A stretch of DNA of 48,901 bases from Polyangiales bacterium (lineage in GTDB: Bacteria; Myxococcota_A; Polyangia; Polyangiales; Polyangiaceae): assembly GCA_038231275.1 (NCBI GenBank), contig JBBRLQ010000046.1:1-48901 (forward strand), given 5' to 3'. Positions 45,535 through 48,901 of the stretch are shown here, piece by piece (positions within the stretch are counted from its first letter, which is position 1; the number at the start of each line of letters is the position of its first letter). Below the pieces are notes generated by a model, which saw only the letters and a program-made list of their open reading frames with translations, was not told the DNA's origin and ran no database searches. The translations under genes and the position numbers were made by a program.

Positions 45535-47522
45535 CGCGACGCGACGCGGCCCTGATGTCCGCGCTCGCCGGCGCCGTGGCGTTCGCAGGGTGCCGGGAAG
45601 AACCCTCGACCATCACCTGGGTTCTGCGCGCTGGATCGGCGGAGATCGATCTACGGCGCGCGCGCTGGGAGCCCGCGGGCGCAGTGAGGACCGCGCGTCG
45701 GATCGGCGGGGCTCGCCTCGAGCTCGAGCTACGGCCCGGTTTCCGCGGCGACGTGCGCGTCGAGACGGAAGGCGCTTGCTCGGTCTCCGCCACGTTCGAC
45801 CGGCCCGACGTCCGGACCACCGATGTGGCCGCGCGCGTCGTGCTCCCGGAGTGGGTCGCGGGGGCCGGCTACGATCGCGACGTCGAGATCGTGGCGACAT
45901 CGGGCTGCGCGGAGGCGGCGCTCCCCTCCATCGAGTGGCACGTCACGAGCGGCGCGTCCCCTCTCGACGTGACCGACGATGGCCACCGCGTTCGTGTTCA
46001 TACGCCGAGCCTCCAGGCCGTGCTCGCGACGGCCGGCGCCTCCCTGCCCTCGTGGGGAATCGTGCCCATTTCGCCGCGCACTCAAGGTCGAATCACGCTG
46101 GAGGCGCGATTTGCCGTGGGCTCGGCCAGCGCGACGCGCACCGTGGAGGTGGTGGCCGGATCGCGCGCGACCGGAGTGCCCACCGTGGCGGCGGGCGGGC
46201 CGTTGTACCTCTTCGGTGAGGGATGGACCGCTCAGCCGGACGTTCACGGACGCGCCCCGGCGCTGTCGAGCACTGGCGGATTCACGCAAGTGGACACGCG
46301 GACGCCGGGCCGCTTCGTCCTCGTCGACTCTGCGAGTCGCCGTCTCGGCGTTCGCTTCGGCCGCTACGACGAGATGCCTCTCGATTGTTCGCGCGCGGAG
46401 TGCCACCGCGACGTCGGCCAGACGATCGAAGCGAGCGCCATGACGCACGTGTTCGAGCGCGGTCTCGTCGGAGCGCTCGGCGACGATTACCGCCCGGCGT
46501 GCGCCGTCGCGTGCCACGCGCTCGGCGAGCCCGGTCAAGACGACGGCGGGTTCGTGCATCTTGCACGCATCTTCTCTGCCCGCCTGCCCGCCGCACCCGA
46601 CGCCGACTGGTTCGCCGAGATGCCGCGCGCGCTCCGTCGCACGTCGGGCGTCGGATGCATGGCGTGCCACGGCCCGGCCGCGATCCCCGAGTCTGACGCG
46701 CGCTGGAGCATCCTGCGAGCCAGCGTGTGCGCGACCTGCCATGACGCGCCGCCCAAGTACGGTCACGTCGCGGCGTGGCAATCCTCGGCCATGGCGACGT
46801 CGGACCGCACACCGGAGACGCGCGTTGGCGAGTGCGCGGCGTGCCACACGACCGCAGGATTTCTCGCCGCGATCGGCGCGCGCAAGGCCATCGCGATTCC
46901 GGCAGAGGCCGGGGCCCTCGGTATCTCGTGCGCGGCGTGCCATTCGCCGCACGCAAAAGACTCCGGGGTGTCGTTGGTCCGCGTCGTCGCCATTCAAGGT
47001 GATTTCGGTGGGAAGCCGCTCGGCTCGAGCGTGGTGTGCGTCGCGTGCCACGGCGGACGTGCGGTGGCGTCGAAGAGCGACTTGCCGCGCGCGACCGCTG
47101 CGCTCTTGGCGCTGGCCCCCGGCCCGCACGCGACGGATCGCGGCTGCCTCGCGTGCCATGGCGCGCCGCGGGATCCCAAGGCGAGCGTGCATGGGGCCGG
47201 CCACGCATTCAAGGCGAACCCCGCTTCGTGCCGCCCGTGCCACACGGACACGCCGAAGGAGCACGTCGACGCTGGCAGCCAGACCATCGCGCATCGCGCG
47301 AACGCACTCTTTGAATCGCTCTTACGTCGCGGCCTCGTCGTCGCTGCCGGCGGCGTCACGCCTCACAGTGGGACGTCGTACGCGATCGCCACGACCGCGG
47401 ACGCCGCGCTCGCCGAGGCCGTCCGCAAGGTCGCGCTCGTCCGCGACGATCGCGCTGCAGCGTCGCACAACGCCGCCCGCGCACGCGCGCTCCTCGACGA
47501 AGCGGAGCGCGCGCTACGCTGA
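45531..47522 (+). CDS. multiheme cytochrome c lipoprotein
   Basis: Seven CxxCH motifs (CMACH, CATCH, CAACH x2, CVACH, CLACH, CRPCH) plus CSRAECH and CAVACH. GTGA-coupled start, FAGC lipobox. Confidence 0.88.
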   Translation: MTRRDAALMSALAGAVAFAGCREEPSTITWVLRAGSAEIDLRRARWEPAGAVRTARRIGGARLELELRPGFRGDVRVETEGACSVSATFDRPDVRTTDVAARVVLPEWVAGAGYDRDVEIVATSGCAEAALPSIEWHVTSGASPLDVTDDGHRVRVHTPSLQAVLATAGASLPSWGIVPISPRTQGRITLEARFAVGSASATRTVEVVAGSRATGVPTVAAGGPLYLFGEGWTAQPDVHGRAPALSSTGGFTQVDTRTPGRFVLVDSASRRLGVRFGRYDEMPLDCSRAECHRDVGQTIEASAMTHVFERGLVGALGDDYRPACAVACHALGEPGQDDGGFVHLARIFSARLPAAPDADWFAEMPRALRRTSGVGCMACHGPAAIPESDARWSILRASVCATCHDAPPKYGHVAAWQSSAMATSDRTPETRVGECAACHTTAGFLAAIGARKAIAIPAEAGALGISCAACHSPHAKDSGVSLVRVVAIQGDFGGKPLGSSVVCVACHGGRAVASKSDLPRATAALLALAPGPHATDRGCLACHGAPRDPKASVHGAGHAFKANPASCRPCHTDTPKEHVDAGSQTIAHRANALFESLLRRGLVVAAGGVTPHSGTSYAIATTADAALAEAVRKVALVRDDRAAASHNAARARALLDEAERALR

Positions 47523-47564
47523 GGTCCTCCCCCAAGTCGGCGTCCGAGTGCGAGCTGCTGGCGC

Positions 47565-48275
47565 TCAATTCGCGACGTCGGCAGGGCACGCGATCGCCGC
47601 GCAGTTGCCCTTCGACTTGTCGGGCTCATTGCCTTCGAAGTCTTGACAACACTGGTTCGCGGCAAGACAGCACGCCTCGTCGTAGCTCGGATTGCCGTTC
47701 TGGCAGCTGGGCGGGCGATCGTTCGTCTCGTTGCACGAGCCCCATGAGCCGTCGGGCAAGCACGTCTGCTTTCCCCAGTTGCAGGCGATCGGCGTGTCGC
47801 ACCAGCGCACGGCGTTGGGGATGCAAGCGCAGTTGGGCGGCGGGGGAGGCGGGGGAGGCGGAGGCGGGGTCGTGGTTCCCCCATCGCCACCGGTCACGCC
47901 GCTGGCGCACGACGTCGACTCGCCGCTGCACGCCCCCCACACGGAGAACTCGCCCTGCTTGGCGCACGCCTGGGTTCCGTCGTGGCACCCGTTGCCATTG
48001 CGCTTGTCGATGGGCACCGTCCAGCACGGGCGCGTCGCCTCCGCGCAGCCGCATCCCGAGAGATCGCCGGAGCCGGGCGCGCAATGCAGGACCGATGCGT
48101 CGGCGCCGCTCCCCGCGAAACCGCCGCTGGTGCTTCCCGAGCTGCTGCCGCCAGATGTGCTTCCGCCTCCGGCCGGGTCTCGGAATCCTGTATCCGTTCC
48201 CGAACCACCGCACGCCGCGATCACAAAAACCCCGGCGAAGCACACGACGGCGCACGAGACCCTGGAGATCTTCAT
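47565..48275 (-). CDS. Cys-rich lipoprotein
   Basis: IAAC lipobox, Gly/Ser linker, repeated C..G.Q.C....WG.C modules, poly-Pro linker. Confidence 0.82.
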   Translation of the reverse strand: MKISRVSCAVVCFAGVFVIAACGGSGTDTGFRDPAGGGSTSGGSSSGSTSGGFAGSGADASVLHCAPGSGDLSGCGCAEATRPCWTVPIDKRNGNGCHDGTQACAKQGEFSVWGACSGESTSCASGVTGGDGGTTTPPPPPPPPPPPNCACIPNAVRWCDTPIACNWGKQTCLPDGSWGSCNETNDRPPSCQNGNPSYDEACCLAANQCCQDFEGNEPDKSKGNCAAIACPADVAN

Positions 48276-48288
48276 AACGAGCTCATGA

Positions 48289-48304
48289 CGCAACCACCGT
48301 GCCC
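48289..48304 (-). promoter_or_regulatory. sigma54 (-24/-12) promoter candidate
   Basis: Minus strand reads GGGCACGGTGGTTGCG (GG-N10-GC), 13 nt upstream of ATG 48275. Confidence 0.6.
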
Positions 48305-48453
48305 GCCGCAAGTGCTCGTTGAGAGGAGCAGCGACGGGCCGAAGGTGTCTCAGGCGAGCACCCATGCAGCGCGTCCGATCCAGGCTCGACGCCTCGACGA
48401 GCTGGAAACATCCCGCGCGACTGCAATTTCGCGGCGCGCGCGATGAGCGTTCG

Positions 48454-48900
48454 TCAGCCGCCTTCGAGCTTTTTCACGTAGCGCGCGCGCGTGTGAGGAC
48501 GGAAGCCGGCGCGCACGTATAGGTTCGCGGCGCGCGCGTGGTCGGTCTCCACCTCGAGATCGACCGCGTGACAACCGCGCGCGCGCATGACGTCGAGCGC
48601 AGCCTCGAGGAGCCTGCCGCCGGTCGCGCGGCCCCGCAGCTCCGGCACGATGTACAGCTCCTCGAGCCACGCCGCCGCGCCGCCGTGCTCGAGCGTCCAG
48701 GTGAACGAGAGGTAGGCGACACCGACCGCGCGACCGTCGGCGCGCGCGCGCGCGAGGAGCACTGCCGCGCGAGAGGGATCGGCGAGCGCGCCGTCGAGGG
48801 CCACGTCCACCGGCGTGACGGGCAGGTCATGCTCGATGAGCTGCGCCACGAGGAGCGCGCGCGCGTCTGCGCGATCGGCGAGCGTGGCCGCGCCAATCAC
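48454..48900 (-). CDS. GNAT family N-acetyltransferase (5' end may lie outside the window)
   Basis: WLEELYIVPELRGRATG, LEV...ARAANLYVRAGF. Confidence 0.9.
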   Translation of the reverse strand: MIGAATLADRADARALLVAQLIEHDLPVTPVDVALDGALADPSRAAVLLARARADGRAVGVAYLSFTWTLEHGGAAAWLEELYIVPELRGRATGGRLLEAALDVMRARGCHAVDLEVETDHARAANLYVRAGFRPHTRARYVKKLEGG

Positions 48901-48901
48901 G

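Overview
Very high-GC bacterial DNA that looks like Myxococcota, probably Polyangiaceae. This is inferred from the many Cys/Gly-rich lipoproteins with DAG/DGG linkers, a Hanks-type kinase and a secreted HEAT protein. I can support about 40 CDS, and I found no rRNA, tRNA, CRISPR array or transposase. Core genes are ino1, alaS, radA, dapD, dapE and ndk. Accessory blocks are an inositol-lipid-like cluster next to FtsX-permease/LolA-like/outer-membrane genes, a MAPEG-ECF sigma-anti-sigma unit, three tandem SH3-like lipoprotein paralogs and a multiheme cytochrome c operon. The most unusual region is 29.2-35.9 kb. It holds a translationally coupled three-gene operon (signal-less split-OmpA/peptidoglycan-binding protein, signal-less 1005-aa HExxH metallopeptidase, beta-propeller-like lipoprotein) that reads like an orphan effector/immunity module. 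Directly upstream is a ~290-bp, densely palindromic non-coding element bounded by inverted repeats. Other oddities are DapE fused in frame to a lipoprotein, an S41-peptidase remnant, a degenerate histidine-kinase-like protein and two sigma54 promoters abutting start codons. Start codons were re-chosen by eye where the ORF track over-extends. Family calls rest on motif recognition, not database searches.
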